Part shown: positions 47,327 to 56,278 of the stretch, piece by piece | Numbering within the stretch: the stretch's first letter is position 1 | Layout: each line of letters starts with the position of its first letter | Origin: Acidobacteriota bacterium | GTDB lineage: Bacteria > Acidobacteriota > Terriglobia > Terriglobales > SCQP01 | Length of the DNA stretch: 64,000 nucleotides | Reading direction: 5' to 3' | Assembly (NCBI GenBank): GCA_027459505.1 | Contig: DAIDIE010000018.1 | Span: 19,571 to 83,570 of the forward strand | Made by a program: the position numbers and the translations under genes | The notes under the pieces: model-generated | What the model was told of the DNA's origin: nothing | Seen by the model: only the letters and a program-made list of their open reading frames with translations | The model's database searches: none

Positions 47327-47640
47327 AGAATGATTTTAGTTTAGATGCTGGCCTCAGCCGATCAAGCGATGCATCCGCCGTGGCATCGTAGCGGAAGGTT
47401 TGCGATTGGGTTGGGATTTTGAGGGGTTGAGGCGATTTGGGAAGGGAAAATGCCGGCCAGGCGAGGGTGCCGCCGCAGTGGGTTCCGTCTGCGATCAAGC
47501 GCAGCGGCGGGCTGTTGTGAGATGCGGAGACAAACGGAACGGCGTTCGACACGGCAGCGGTAGATCAATAACCGCAGATTCGGGCTTGGATGTCCGTGTG
47601 CGGAACGCGTTCCGGTGAATTCAACGCGAGCGGCGCAGCT

Positions 47641-48060
47641 TTAAAGATCGGTGGTAATGGCCTCGAGTTGTTCGCGCAGCTGGTTGGAGAGCTGGCCCAA
47701 TTCCTGCTGATGCAGGGCGGAGAGGCGGCCCAACAACTCTTCTCCTTTATCGGCAAGGGTGACTTGAACGGTGCGGCGGTCTTCCTGGCCGGGGGTGCGG
47801 TGCACCAGATGCTGTTTTTGCGCGCGGGTAATCAGGGCTACTGCGCCGTGATGGCTGATCTGCAGGCGCTCGGCAATTTCGGTCACATAGGCCCACTCCC
47901 GCCCTGGCATGCCTTTAATAGTGAGAAGCAGTTGGTACTGCTGCGGAGAGAGGCCCGCTTTACGAGCGGCATTTTCGCTGAAGCGCAAAAAGCGGCGCAT
48001 GGCGTAGCGGAAGGCGGCGAGGTTTTCGATCTGGGTCTTGCTGATCAAACGGGGCCTCAT
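47641..48060 (-). CDS. MarR-family transcriptional regulator
   Basis: Start at ATG 48060 (MRPRLISK...). wHTH region LSPQQYQLLLTIKG.......VTEIAERLQISHHGAVALITRAQKQHLVHR..G.EDRR.V.V.LT.KG. Confidence 0.85.
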   Translation of the reverse strand: MRPRLISKTQIENLAAFRYAMRRFLRFSENAARKAGLSPQQYQLLLTIKGMPGREWAYVTEIAERLQISHHGAVALITRAQKQHLVHRTPGQEDRRTVQVTLADKGEELLGRLSALHQQELGQLSNQLREQLEAITTDL

Positions 48061-48194
48061 GTGTACTGACAGGCCATTATGTTCCATTCCGGCGAAAACG
48101 CATATTGCCGCCCACGCGAGCCATGCCTGGCGCTGCTTGCTATGTCTTTGGCCGCCTAGCGCGAGAGATTGCAGGAGTCGTCTATGCTTGAAAT

Positions 48195-49460
48195 GTGCCT
48201 GCCGACATGCCCATTCCGCCAATGCCCATGAGCCAAGGTCCCGTAGCGCTGGATAGGTTCAAGGAAGAGCTCGCCGGACTTCAGAACGACGAGCGGGTGC
48301 AGGGTCTATTGGGGCAGTTTTCGCGCTGGGAGCCGTGGATCCGCCAGCAGCAAATGGACGTGACCCGCATCGCCGCGCCAACCGGGTTGGAGGGTTTGCG
48401 CGCGGAATGGATCTTGCGGCAGATGCGGGGGTTGGGCTATGAGCAGTGCGGCATTGATGAGGTGGGCAACGCCTGGGCTCTGACCAGTGCCGAGAGTGGT
48501 CCGGTTGTGCTGGTGTCAGCGCACATGGACACGGTCTTTCCGCCGCGTACGGAGTTGGAGCCGCGGCGGGTGAACGGGCTTCTGCTGGCACCCGGCATTT
48601 CGGACAATGGCGCAGGCCTGGCGGCGCTGCTGGCCATGTTGCGCGCATGCAAGGAGAGCGAGGTGAGGCCCGCCCGTCCGGTCCTGCTGGTTGCCAACGT
48701 GGGCGAAGAGGGCGAGGGCGATCTCAAAGGGATGCGCTACTTGTTCGAGCGCAGCCCATGGCGGGACCGCATTGAGTGCTCATTGGTGATTGACGGTCCG
48801 GGACTGGAGCAGGTGACGACACGCGCGCTGGGGAGCCGGAGGCTGCAGGTTACGTTTCGCGGCAAGGGCGGGCATAGTTGGTCGGACGCCGGAGCTGCCA
48901 ATCCCATTCACGCGCTAGGCCGCGCCGTTGCCAATTTGGCGGAGGCGCCGCTGGTCAGTTCCGAGCATGGGGTGCGTGCCGCAACCGCCATCACAATGGT
49001 GGAAGGTGGGACGTCGGTAAATACGATTCCCGCCGCGGCGTCGATGAAGCTGGACTTGCGGGCCATTGACAGTGAGGCTCTGCAAATATGCGTACAGCAG
49101 GCGCAGCAGGCGGTCTCGGCCGCCCTGGAGGAGGAAAACCGCGGCGCACGCAGCGGACGGATTGAAGCGCAACTGCAGGTGATTGGGGACCGGCCGGCGG
49201 GCGAAGTTGCCGCCGGCAGCCGTTTGCTGCAGGCACTTCGCACGGTCGATGAAAGCCTGGGCATCCGTGCACAGTTCCAGATGGCGTCAACGGACGCTAA
49301 TATTCCTCTATCCATGGGCCGGGAAGCGATCCGGTTGGGAGCTGGGGGGCGGGGCGGAGGAGCGCATACGCTGGAGGAGTGGTTTGACGCCAGCGGGCGG
49401 GAACTGGGCTTGAAACGGCTTCTGCTTCTTATCCTGCTCCTTAGCGGAACCCATGTCTGA
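48195..49460 (+). CDS. M20-family metallopeptidase (ArgE/DapE/PepT-like)
   Basis: VLVSAHMDTVF, SDNGAGLAALL and NVGEEGEGDLKG metal-binding motifs. The start within the first ~10 codons is uncertain. Confidence 0.85.
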   Translation: MPADMPIPPMPMSQGPVALDRFKEELAGLQNDERVQGLLGQFSRWEPWIRQQQMDVTRIAAPTGLEGLRAEWILRQMRGLGYEQCGIDEVGNAWALTSAESGPVVLVSAHMDTVFPPRTELEPRRVNGLLLAPGISDNGAGLAALLAMLRACKESEVRPARPVLLVANVGEEGEGDLKGMRYLFERSPWRDRIECSLVIDGPGLEQVTTRALGSRRLQVTFRGKGGHSWSDAGAANPIHALGRAVANLAEAPLVSSEHGVRAATAITMVEGGTSVNTIPAAASMKLDLRAIDSEALQICVQQAQQAVSAALEEENRGARSGRIEAQLQVIGDRPAGEVAAGSRLLQALRTVDESLGIRAQFQMASTDANIPLSMGREAIRLGAGGRGGGAHTLEEWFDASGRELGLKRLLLLILLLSGTHV

Positions 49461-50430
49461 ACCGGCCTATGTGGAGTTGAGGTCTTCCAATGCCGGGCGC
49501 CGGGTTTTGCGCGCCGACCTGACCATTGCCGCCACAACGCTCATCTGGGGAGCGACGTTCCTGGTGGTGAAGGATGCGCTTCGCGATAGCACCCCGCTGA
49601 GCTTCAATGCCCTGCGCCTGACATTGGCAACGGCTCTCTTGCTGGTGGTTTACTGGCGGGACGCGCGGGCCTTGTTTCCGCTGCGGCTGAACGGCGGAGT
49701 CTGGCGGGCCGGGCTTTTGTTGGGGCTCTTTCTGGGGGGCGCATACGCGATGCAGACGGATGGGCTGAAGTATACGTCGTCATCGCATTCCGCGTTTCTC
49801 ACCGGGGTTTCCGTGGTCCTGGTCCCTTTTATGGTGTGGCTGCTGGCGCGCGCGAGAGGACTGGGCGTCAGCCGGCGGTTGCGGTTGCACCACTGGCTGG
49901 CGGCGGCAACGGCCCTGGCCGGCCTTTATTGTCTGACCTTCTTTGCAGGCCCCAAACAGGGCGGCCAGGTTTTTGGTATCGGCGGCCCCAACCTGGGTGA
50001 CTGGCTAAGCCTGGGATGCGCAGCCGGGTTTGCCGCTCATATTGTTGGGCTAGGCGAGTTCGCCTCACGCTTTAACTTTCGTCAACTCGCGGTTTTGCAG
50101 ATAGGGGGCGCGGCAGTGGTGAACGCAGTGCTGGCGCCGGTGCTGGAACATCCGCACGTGATCTGGAGTGAACGGCTTGTATTGACCCTGGTCGCGACCG
50201 CAGCGCTGGCCACAGCTTTGACGTTTACGCTGCAGGCCTGGGCGCAACAATACACCCCCGCGACCCATGCGGCAGTGCTGTTTGCCCTGGAGCCGGTTTT
50301 TGCCTGGGGGATAGCTCTGCTGTGGGGAGGCGAGCGGGTGACCCTGGCCTCAATGGTGGGAGCTGTCCTGATCGTAGGGGCCAACATAGGGTCCGAGGTT
50401 GGGGACTTGCGCGGCCGGCCTGTTCCCTAG
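49453..50430 (+). CDS. DMT-family (EamA) transporter
   Basis: 325 aa with 10 TM helices in two EamA-like halves. Overlaps the peptidase stop by 8 nt. Confidence 0.85.
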   Translation: MSEPAYVELRSSNAGRRVLRADLTIAATTLIWGATFLVVKDALRDSTPLSFNALRLTLATALLLVVYWRDARALFPLRLNGGVWRAGLLLGLFLGGAYAMQTDGLKYTSSSHSAFLTGVSVVLVPFMVWLLARARGLGVSRRLRLHHWLAAATALAGLYCLTFFAGPKQGGQVFGIGGPNLGDWLSLGCAAGFAAHIVGLGEFASRFNFRQLAVLQIGGAAVVNAVLAPVLEHPHVIWSERLVLTLVATAALATALTFTLQAWAQQYTPATHAAVLFALEPVFAWGIALLWGGERVTLASMVGAVLIVGANIGSEVGDLRGRPVP

Positions 50431-50577
50431 TCGTGGAACGACTCTGGCAAGAGGACCGCGGATGACCGCCTGGGATGGGGGCCCGGGAAGCCGCCCGGGT
50501 ACTGGCACCTTCTGGTACATTCCTGGTCATTCCGCATCCAATGGTCGAAGGCTATACTTTGCTCTGGAGTTGCCGCT

Positions 50578-52050
50578 GTGATGTCATCGCCGTCCACTTC
50601 TAGCGGATTTACCGCTGCCCTACGACTGATTGCGGTTCTGGCCATCGGCTTAGCCGTGGGTATGTGGGGAGGGTTACGCCACAGTGGAGCGAGTCCGGCG
50701 ACTTGGTCGGCAGAGTCGCTTTCCAGCCGTTTCCACCGGGTTGCGATGGATGTGTCTCCCGCGGTGGTCAACGTGCGGGTCGAGGCGGAGAGCCCAGGGG
50801 CAAAGGCGGCACCTCCGGAGAAATCCAATAAATCCTTAGAGCAATACTTTAAGATCTTCCCCCCGCTGCCGCATTCGGAGCGGAGCGAGGGATCGGGAAT
50901 CATTCTCGATCCGAGCGGATTGATTCTGACCAACCGGCACGTAATTGAAGGCGCCGACCAGGTGCAGGTGGTATTGGCCGGACAAGAGCAGCCGATTCCA
51001 GCGACGCTGGTGGGTGAAGACGCGGAGAGCGACCTGGCGGTACTGCGGATTCATGTGAACAATCCGCTTCCAGTGGCGCATTGGGGGAATTCCTCGAATT
51101 TGCAGGTCGGCGACTGGGTGTTGGCAGTGGGAAGCCCATTCGGGTTACGGCAAAGCGTTACGGCGGGGATTGTCAGCGCAATGGACCGCCATATTCCGGC
51201 GGAACACAATCTGCAGGGGTTCATCCAGACCGATGCACCCATCAACCCGGGCAACAGTGGCGGGCCGCTGGTGGACCTGCGAGGAGGAGTGGTTGGCATC
51301 AACACTGCTATCTACACTGAGTCCAATGGGTCGCAGGGGGTAGGGTTCGCGCTGCCGGCGACAGTGGCGAAGAGTGTTTTCCAGCAGATTGTCCGCTACG
51401 GGCGGGTGCGACGCGGGTCTATTGGCGTGTACTTTGAACCCATGCTGTCTCCCTCGGTGCGCCGTGTGTACCATTTGCAAGCGGGGGTGCCTGTGGCAGA
51501 AGTGCAGACGGGTGGACCGGCGCAGAAGGCTGGGCTCAAGGACGGCGACATTATCACCGCCGTTAATGGCCGGTCGCTGGAGGATGGCAGCGACCTGGTA
51601 CACGACATCGTGAACCGGCAGGTCGGATCAACGTTGCAACTGCAATACCTGCGCGATGGGCAATTGCATAATGCCGAGGTGACGGTCGCTGACCGTGACA
51701 GCTTATTCCATAAGCAGCCGCCATTCCAGCCGGTGCATACATCTTCAGCGCCGCTTCTGGGGCTTGAGATCAAGAGCATCGACAGCACGGTGCAGAAAAA
51801 GCTGGATCTGCCCAATCAGGAAGGGGTGCTGGTGCGCAGTGTAACGCCAGGCTCATTTGCCGATAATATTGGCGTGCAGCGCGGGGACGTGATCCTGGCG
51901 GTGAACCGGGTTCCGGTGAAGGGCGCTCCGGTTTACCGGCAGGTGCTGAAGTCCTTGCGTCCGGGGCAAGACATTGCTTTTGCACTACGGCGATTGAGCC
52001 CGGATGGACACTGGACGCGCTGGTTTGCAGGCGGCAGCTACTTACAGTAA
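50578..52050 (+). CDS. htrA: Periplasmic serine endoprotease DegP/HtrA (trypsin-like domain + 2 PDZ)
   Basis: Catalytic triad context TNRHV (His), DLAVL (Asp) and GNSGGPL (Ser), followed by two PDZ-like regions. Confidence 0.93.
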   Translation: MMSSPSTSSGFTAALRLIAVLAIGLAVGMWGGLRHSGASPATWSAESLSSRFHRVAMDVSPAVVNVRVEAESPGAKAAPPEKSNKSLEQYFKIFPPLPHSERSEGSGIILDPSGLILTNRHVIEGADQVQVVLAGQEQPIPATLVGEDAESDLAVLRIHVNNPLPVAHWGNSSNLQVGDWVLAVGSPFGLRQSVTAGIVSAMDRHIPAEHNLQGFIQTDAPINPGNSGGPLVDLRGGVVGINTAIYTESNGSQGVGFALPATVAKSVFQQIVRYGRVRRGSIGVYFEPMLSPSVRRVYHLQAGVPVAEVQTGGPAQKAGLKDGDIITAVNGRSLEDGSDLVHDIVNRQVGSTLQLQYLRDGQLHNAEVTVADRDSLFHKQPPFQPVHTSSAPLLGLEIKSIDSTVQKKLDLPNQEGVLVRSVTPGSFADNIGVQRGDVILAVNRVPVKGAPVYRQVLKSLRPGQDIAFALRRLSPDGHWTRWFAGGSYLQ

Positions 52051-52260
52051 AGTACCCCGAAGGGCACCTTCGACCTCTAGCAATGGGTCGGGACCCCGAG
52101 TAGGCTGCACAGAGAACCCTCGAATCGTGGGTTCGGTGCATAGTTATATCGCGGCAGTGGGTTGAGGCGAACCACGGAGCAGGAGAAGCGGGCTCTCCGG
52201 ACTATGCTGATGGGCATGGCCTTCGGCAACTCTTTGCAGTTGCCATTCAGGAGTTGAGAA

Positions 52261-52884
52261 TTGGGAATTCAAGCCTGTTCAATCATTTCAAGCTTAGGCC
52301 GGCGGCCACTGGGACGCTGGCTAGTGTTCGCTCTGGTGTTTGGGTTCAGTTTGCCGGTGTGGGCAAGGCATGTGGTGCGCCATCACAAGGCGCGTACCCA
52401 CGTAAGCCGGCATTATGTACGGCACGTGGTTCGACGTCGTGCGCCGGTTCGCTATAAACGCCGGGTGATCCGGAAGCGGCATGTGGTGCGACGCTACGGT
52501 CGCGGGCACTACCGGCATGTGCGCTACATTCGGCGCCGCCGGACTCCACACTGGAGGCGGCGGGTCTCGATATCGAGCAACCGGGCGACACAGATCCAGC
52601 AGGCGCTCGTGAAGGCGGGCTACCTGACGCAGGCGTCCGGATATTGGGATGAGGCGACGCGTCTGGCGCTGAAACGCTATCAAGCTGATCATCACTGGCA
52701 GAACCGGGTGGTGCCGGACTCGCGCGCTCTGATTGCCTTGGGTCTGGGCCCCACTCCGACTCTGGCCGTGCTCTCCGGGCCAGGGTCCCAGGCGCTTCCA
52801 GTGGAAACGGTCGCGGCCAGCAATGCACCTGCGGCGGATGCGGCTTTACAGAGCAACGCTCAGCCGGCCAGTGGCGGCAACTGA
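52261..52884 (+). CDS. Secreted peptidoglycan-binding-domain protein with an Arg/His-rich repeat region
   Basis: Signal-like N-terminus (WLVFALVFGFSLPVWA). About 70 aa of RH/VVR repeats. A PG_binding_1-like segment (IQQALVKAGYL...G.WDEATRLALKRYQ). TTG start. Confidence 0.75.
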   Translation: MGIQACSIISSLGRRPLGRWLVFALVFGFSLPVWARHVVRHHKARTHVSRHYVRHVVRRRAPVRYKRRVIRKRHVVRRYGRGHYRHVRYIRRRRTPHWRRRVSISSNRATQIQQALVKAGYLTQASGYWDEATRLALKRYQADHHWQNRVVPDSRALIALGLGPTPTLAVLSGPGSQALPVETVAASNAPAADAALQSNAQPASGGN

Positions 52885-52923
52885 GTTTTCTTCCTCTCGA
52901 CTGCTATTTCAATTGTTCAGAAG

Positions 52924-52958
52924 AGCCCGCGGGGGCAGCCACTCCGGCGGGCTTTTTT
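52924..52958 (+). terminator. Rho-independent terminator
   Basis: AGCCCGCGG...CCGGCGGGCT stem followed by T6 (52953-52958). Confidence 0.75.
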
Positions 52959-52992
52959 GCGCTTTCAGTTAAACTGAAGTTGGAGTGATTTT

Positions 52993-53250
52993 ATGGCCCT
53001 TGATGTGGTTGTTTACAGTCAGCCTGGGTGACCGCCGTGCCGCACAGTTGCGGATTTCCTTTCGGCGAAAGGAATCAAGTTTGTGTCCAAAGATGTGACG
53101 CGTGATCCCGAGGCGCTGCGCGAATTGACCCAGGTTTATCACAGCCGGTCGACCCCGACCGTGGTGGTCAATGGGCAGGTGATGGTAGGCTTTGATCCGG
53201 TCCGGCTGCAGGTGTGGCTGGCGGAGGCGGGGACGCCGGAGCAGGGTTGA
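52993..53250 (+). CDS. Glutaredoxin-like selenoprotein (in-frame UGA at 53029-53031 read as Sec; active site G-U-P-P-C)
   Basis: Absent from the ORF track because of the TGA. GGAG sits 7 nt upstream of ATG 52993. The translation is MALDVVVYSQPG-U-PPCRTVADFLSAKGIKFVSKDVTRDPEALRELTQVYHSRSTPTVVVNGQVMVGFDPVRLQVWLAEAGTPEQG. This is a complete Grx/NrdH fold pattern: beta1, then CxxC, and later TP(T)V..NG...GF. Confidence 0.7.
53040..53076 (+). promoter_or_regulatory. Candidate bacterial SECIS element
   Basis: Two hairpins lie directly 3' of the UGA. The first is CCGCA-CAGT-TGCGG (53040-53053). The second is GAU(U)UCCUUUC-GGC-GAAAGGAAUC (53053-53076), a 10-bp stem with one bulged U and a G-rich apical loop about 35 nt from the UGA. 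Confidence 0.5.
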
Positions 53251-53280
53251 TTTTGGGCTGGTTTTCGCTCCAGATTGGCC

Positions 53281-53313
53281 GCAAGACGCCCATGCCTGGC
53301 ATGGGCGTCTTGC
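53281..53313 (+). terminator. Long perfect hairpin downstream of the Grx-like gene (no U-tract)
   Basis: GCAAGACGCCCATG-CCTGG-CATGGGCGTCTTGC, a 14-bp perfect stem. It is followed by TGTAGG, so it could be an intrinsic terminator variant or an RNA-stability element. Confidence 0.5.
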
Positions 53314-53413
53314 TGTAGGCCTTGGCACGTTTTGTGTGGCAACTGAGTTTTCCCAATGAACTGCATTTTCAACCCGAACGCCGGTGAAGCAGGTGAAGGT
53401 CAGGGCGGATGCG

Positions 53414-53869
53414 ATGAGTAACCGGCCCAGCGATCCGCGCACGCAGGCGCGCGAAGCGGTCATGCAGATGATCTACGCCATGCAGCTCACGGGGCAAAGT
53501 TCCGGAGAGGTAGAGCGGTGGTACGTGCAGAACCACCCGTTGGAAGCGGAGGTGCGTGAGCTGGCGGGGAGATTGCTGGAATCCGCTGTCGCCAACGACG
53601 AACGCATACGCGAGTTGCTGACGCGCCACTCGCATGGCTGGCGGTTGGAGCGGATGAGTACCGTCGATCGTAGTCTGCTGATGCTGGGGGTAACAGAGCT
53701 GCTGCGGGAGCCACCCGTGCCAGCGGCGGTGGTCATCACCGAGACGCTGAAGCTGGCACGCCGTTTTTCCCAGCCGGCAGCAGAGAATTTTCTGCATGGG
53801 GTATTGGACGCTGTGGCCGGGGAACTGCGCAGGCAGAAGGCAGAAGCGGCGGGCCAGCCAGGCGAGTAG
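53414..53869 (+). CDS. nusB: Transcription antitermination factor NusB
   Basis: Start MSNRPSDPRTQAREAVMQMIYAMQL... with ...ERMSTVDRSLLMLGVTEL, ...VVITETLKLARRF and ..NFLHGVLD. Confidence 0.92.
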   Translation: MSNRPSDPRTQAREAVMQMIYAMQLTGQSSGEVERWYVQNHPLEAEVRELAGRLLESAVANDERIRELLTRHSHGWRLERMSTVDRSLLMLGVTELLREPPVPAAVVITETLKLARRFSQPAAENFLHGVLDAVAGELRRQKAEAAGQPGE

Positions 53870-53961
53870 AAGACTGCCCCAAAGGATTCAATCGAACTTT
53901 CGTGAACCTGGCGCCACTTTCTCTCGTATTGGAGTTGAGGAAGGGACAGGAGTGACGGCCA

Positions 53962-54549
53962 ATGTATTGCAACCAGTGCGGGCAACAGATTGCGCCTGAG
54001 GCGAAGGTTTGCACGTTTTGTGGCAGGCAAGTGGCGGGCGGTGCGAGTGGGGAGCAGCCGGCCCTTCATCCAGTTGCAGCGGCACCGGCGCCTGGGACCG
54101 GCTATCCTGCCGCGGCGTATTATCCGAGCCGGTCGCAGACGCGGGTGGCGCGGCACTTTAAAACATTGGGTGTGCTCTGGTTGATTTACGCGGCGCTGAG
54201 CTTTGGCGAATCGGTGTTCCTGCTGACAATGGGGCATTGGGGGCCATGGAACTGGCCAATGATGCACATGGGCCCAAACCTCATTTGGGTTCCGGGCTGG
54301 ATGAACGGCATGGTTCGAATTGGCGGATTTATTGGATTGTTTGTCAGCGCACTGCGCGCGGCGGCGGGGGTGGGACTGTTGGAGCGGGCCAGTTGGGCGC
54401 GCATCGTATCGATTGTGGCCGCAATCGTGACCTTGCCGAGGCTTCTGCTGGGGACGTTGCTGGGCATATACACATTGGTGGTCATGTTCAGCGATAACGC
54501 CGAGCAGCAGTGGGCTGCATTGTCGCAACGCAGCACTGGAACAATTTAG
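53962..54549 (+). CDS. Zinc-ribbon domain membrane protein (hypothetical)
   Basis: N-terminal MYCNQCGQQI....C.FCG zinc ribbon, followed by about 4 TM helices. Confidence 0.7.
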   Translation: MYCNQCGQQIAPEAKVCTFCGRQVAGGASGEQPALHPVAAAPAPGTGYPAAAYYPSRSQTRVARHFKTLGVLWLIYAALSFGESVFLLTMGHWGPWNWPMMHMGPNLIWVPGWMNGMVRIGGFIGLFVSALRAAAGVGLLERASWARIVSIVAAIVTLPRLLLGTLLGIYTLVVMFSDNAEQQWAALSQRSTGTI

Positions 54550-54626
54550 GGAAGCTTCATGGAGGGGGCGACGCTCTGCTCGGGTCGCAGGCCCGGCAGG
54601 TTTCGTGAGCGGAGCCGAGCTTGCAA

Positions 54627-55796
54627 TCAGCGCAGATAGACGGCGGCCATGCGGCCGACGCCATAGGTGACGACGGCCTCGAGCACGCCGACCAAGGTCA
54701 TTTCCGCTCCGCTCCAAATCCAACTGCGATTGGTGAACAAGGACTTGGCGGCGCCCACGGCAAAGTGGGCCAGCAAGCTCACCGCAAAAGCAGCGATGAC
54801 GGCCGGCATTCCAGACAAGAAGAAGAAGGGGATGACTGGAATGATCGCTCCGGCCGCGGTGGACAATCCGGCCGACCAGGCAGCCGGGCCGGGCTTGCGG
54901 CTCGGTTCGCCGCTCATGCCAAGCTCTTCGGAAGCCATGGTGCGCAGGAACTGATCCGGATCCTGGCGTAGACGTTCCACCAGGGTCGCGGCTTCGGCCT
55001 CGGTAAAGCCCTTGAGCTGGTAAAACAGGCTTAACTCCTCCAACTCTTCTTCGGGATCCTGCTCTATTTCCAGCTTCTCGCGGTGCAGTTCCGCTTCGTA
55101 GAGCTCGCGTTCGCTTTTGGCGGCGAGGTATGCGCCGGCGCCCATGGAAAGGGCGCTGGCGATCATGCCGGCGATCCCGGAGATGAGCACGAAGCGGCCG
55201 GTATCGCTGTAGCCAGCCACACCGGAGACAATACCGAAGACCGCGCCTAAGCCGTCGTTGGCGCCATAAATGGCGTCGCTGAGCCAGTTGTGCTCATGCC
55301 GATGCCAGTGTTCCTTGCCCAGCGCGAAGGAAAGGGCGCGAGCTGGTCCATGCGCCTGCGACAGCACGCGGAGCTTACGGGCATGCGAGCGCTCATCGCG
55401 CTCAATTTCAGCCAGTACATCGCCAGCTTCGGGGCCGTAGCGGCGCTCCATGTCGCGGTAGTCTTCGGCGGTTTGCTCCTCACCGGCTTCGCGGCGGCGG
55501 ATGGCGGCCTCCGTTCCCACATTGCCGGCAAGCCAGAGGCGAAGGCGGCTCAACACGTTCAAACGGGGGGGTGGAATGCGGCCGCCAAACTGTAGCAGCT
55601 TGTGCTCCCAACGGCGGGCGTGCTCATCTTCACTTTCCGCTAGGCGTAAGAGAAGGTTGCGGCGGTTGGCGTCGGACTCCTGCCCGGCGAGTTTGCGATA
55701 CATAGCGGCGTCTTCGCGCTCGGCGAATAGATTTCGCTCAATGAGCCGCAGCAGCTCTGGTGTGCCCTTGGATGGTTGCTGTTCAGTGTCGCTCAT
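54627..55796 (-). CDS. Erythrin-VIT1 (MbfA-like) membrane iron transporter: ferritin-like domain fused to a VIT1/CCC1 domain
   Basis: Start ATG 55796. The N-terminal rubrerythrin/ferritin-like four-helix region has E...E..H pairs (AEREDAAMY, ESEDEHARRW, IERDERSHARKL). C-terminal VIT1 motifs are AIYGANDGL and ...VTYGVG. Confidence 0.85.
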   Translation of the reverse strand: MSDTEQQPSKGTPELLRLIERNLFAEREDAAMYRKLAGQESDANRRNLLLRLAESEDEHARRWEHKLLQFGGRIPPPRLNVLSRLRLWLAGNVGTEAAIRRREAGEEQTAEDYRDMERRYGPEAGDVLAEIERDERSHARKLRVLSQAHGPARALSFALGKEHWHRHEHNWLSDAIYGANDGLGAVFGIVSGVAGYSDTGRFVLISGIAGMIASALSMGAGAYLAAKSERELYEAELHREKLEIEQDPEEELEELSLFYQLKGFTEAEAATLVERLRQDPDQFLRTMASEELGMSGEPSRKPGPAAWSAGLSTAAGAIIPVIPFFFLSGMPAVIAAFAVSLLAHFAVGAAKSLFTNRSWIWSGAEMTLVGVLEAVVTYGVGRMAAVYLR

Positions 55797-55921
55797 CACA
55801 AGTTCCCGCTTTTTTCCGCACCTGGACTCATGGAGGGTGGCCGCGGCACGAAGCTTGCATTGCGCCGGGTGCGCCGTCACTCGCGGCGCAATCGCCGCTC
55901 TCCCCATGTTACCTTTGAAGG

Positions 55922-56137
55922 TTGGCCTGTGTGGAAAATGGGAGCTGGAGCACTGTGCCTGTCCTCAGCGTGAGTATGATTTTGCGCGCCCTGTATTGGG
56001 TGGGGTTTCTACTGGCGCTGACGGGATTGGCATTGCGCTTCTGGATGAACCAGCCGCAAGCGGGGCTGGTACTGGCGATAACCGGAGTGGGGCTGGTGTT
56101 GGCGGCGCGTGTGAATGCCGCCATCCGCCGCCGGTAG
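55922..56137 (+). CDS. Possible small two-TM membrane protein
   Basis: 71-aa ORF with two hydrophobic helices and a basic C-terminus. No other support. Confidence 0.3.
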   Translation: MACVENGSWSTVPVLSVSMILRALYWVGFLLALTGLALRFWMNQPQAGLVLAITGVGLVLAARVNAAIRRR

Positions 56138-56278
56138 GCGCCGCAGCGCGTAGCCGCAACGGCGGAGCGATGCGCGGAGCGAGGATTTCCGGTTGCCGGA
56201 ATGCCGAGCTTCGCACTCTCGGCCGGGCCGTCAAGTTTAGACGTTCATTGCTTTGAATATGGAAAGGTGGTTTGCCGG

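Noticed and set aside
47327-47640. FMN (RFN) riboswitch upstream of ribBA.
   Set aside because: Segments resembling GGAACCCACTGCGGCGG (minus strand) and GTGAGATGCGGAGACAAACGG (plus strand) fall on opposite strands and in the wrong order. No CCGACGGT...GGATGGGAGA core is present. A covariance-model scan is needed to be certain.
53322-53340. Sigma-54 promoter-like TGGCACGTTTTGTGTGGC upstream of nusB.
   Set aside because: The -24 TGGCAC is present, but the -12 element reads TTGTG rather than TTGC at the required spacing. One match is insufficient.
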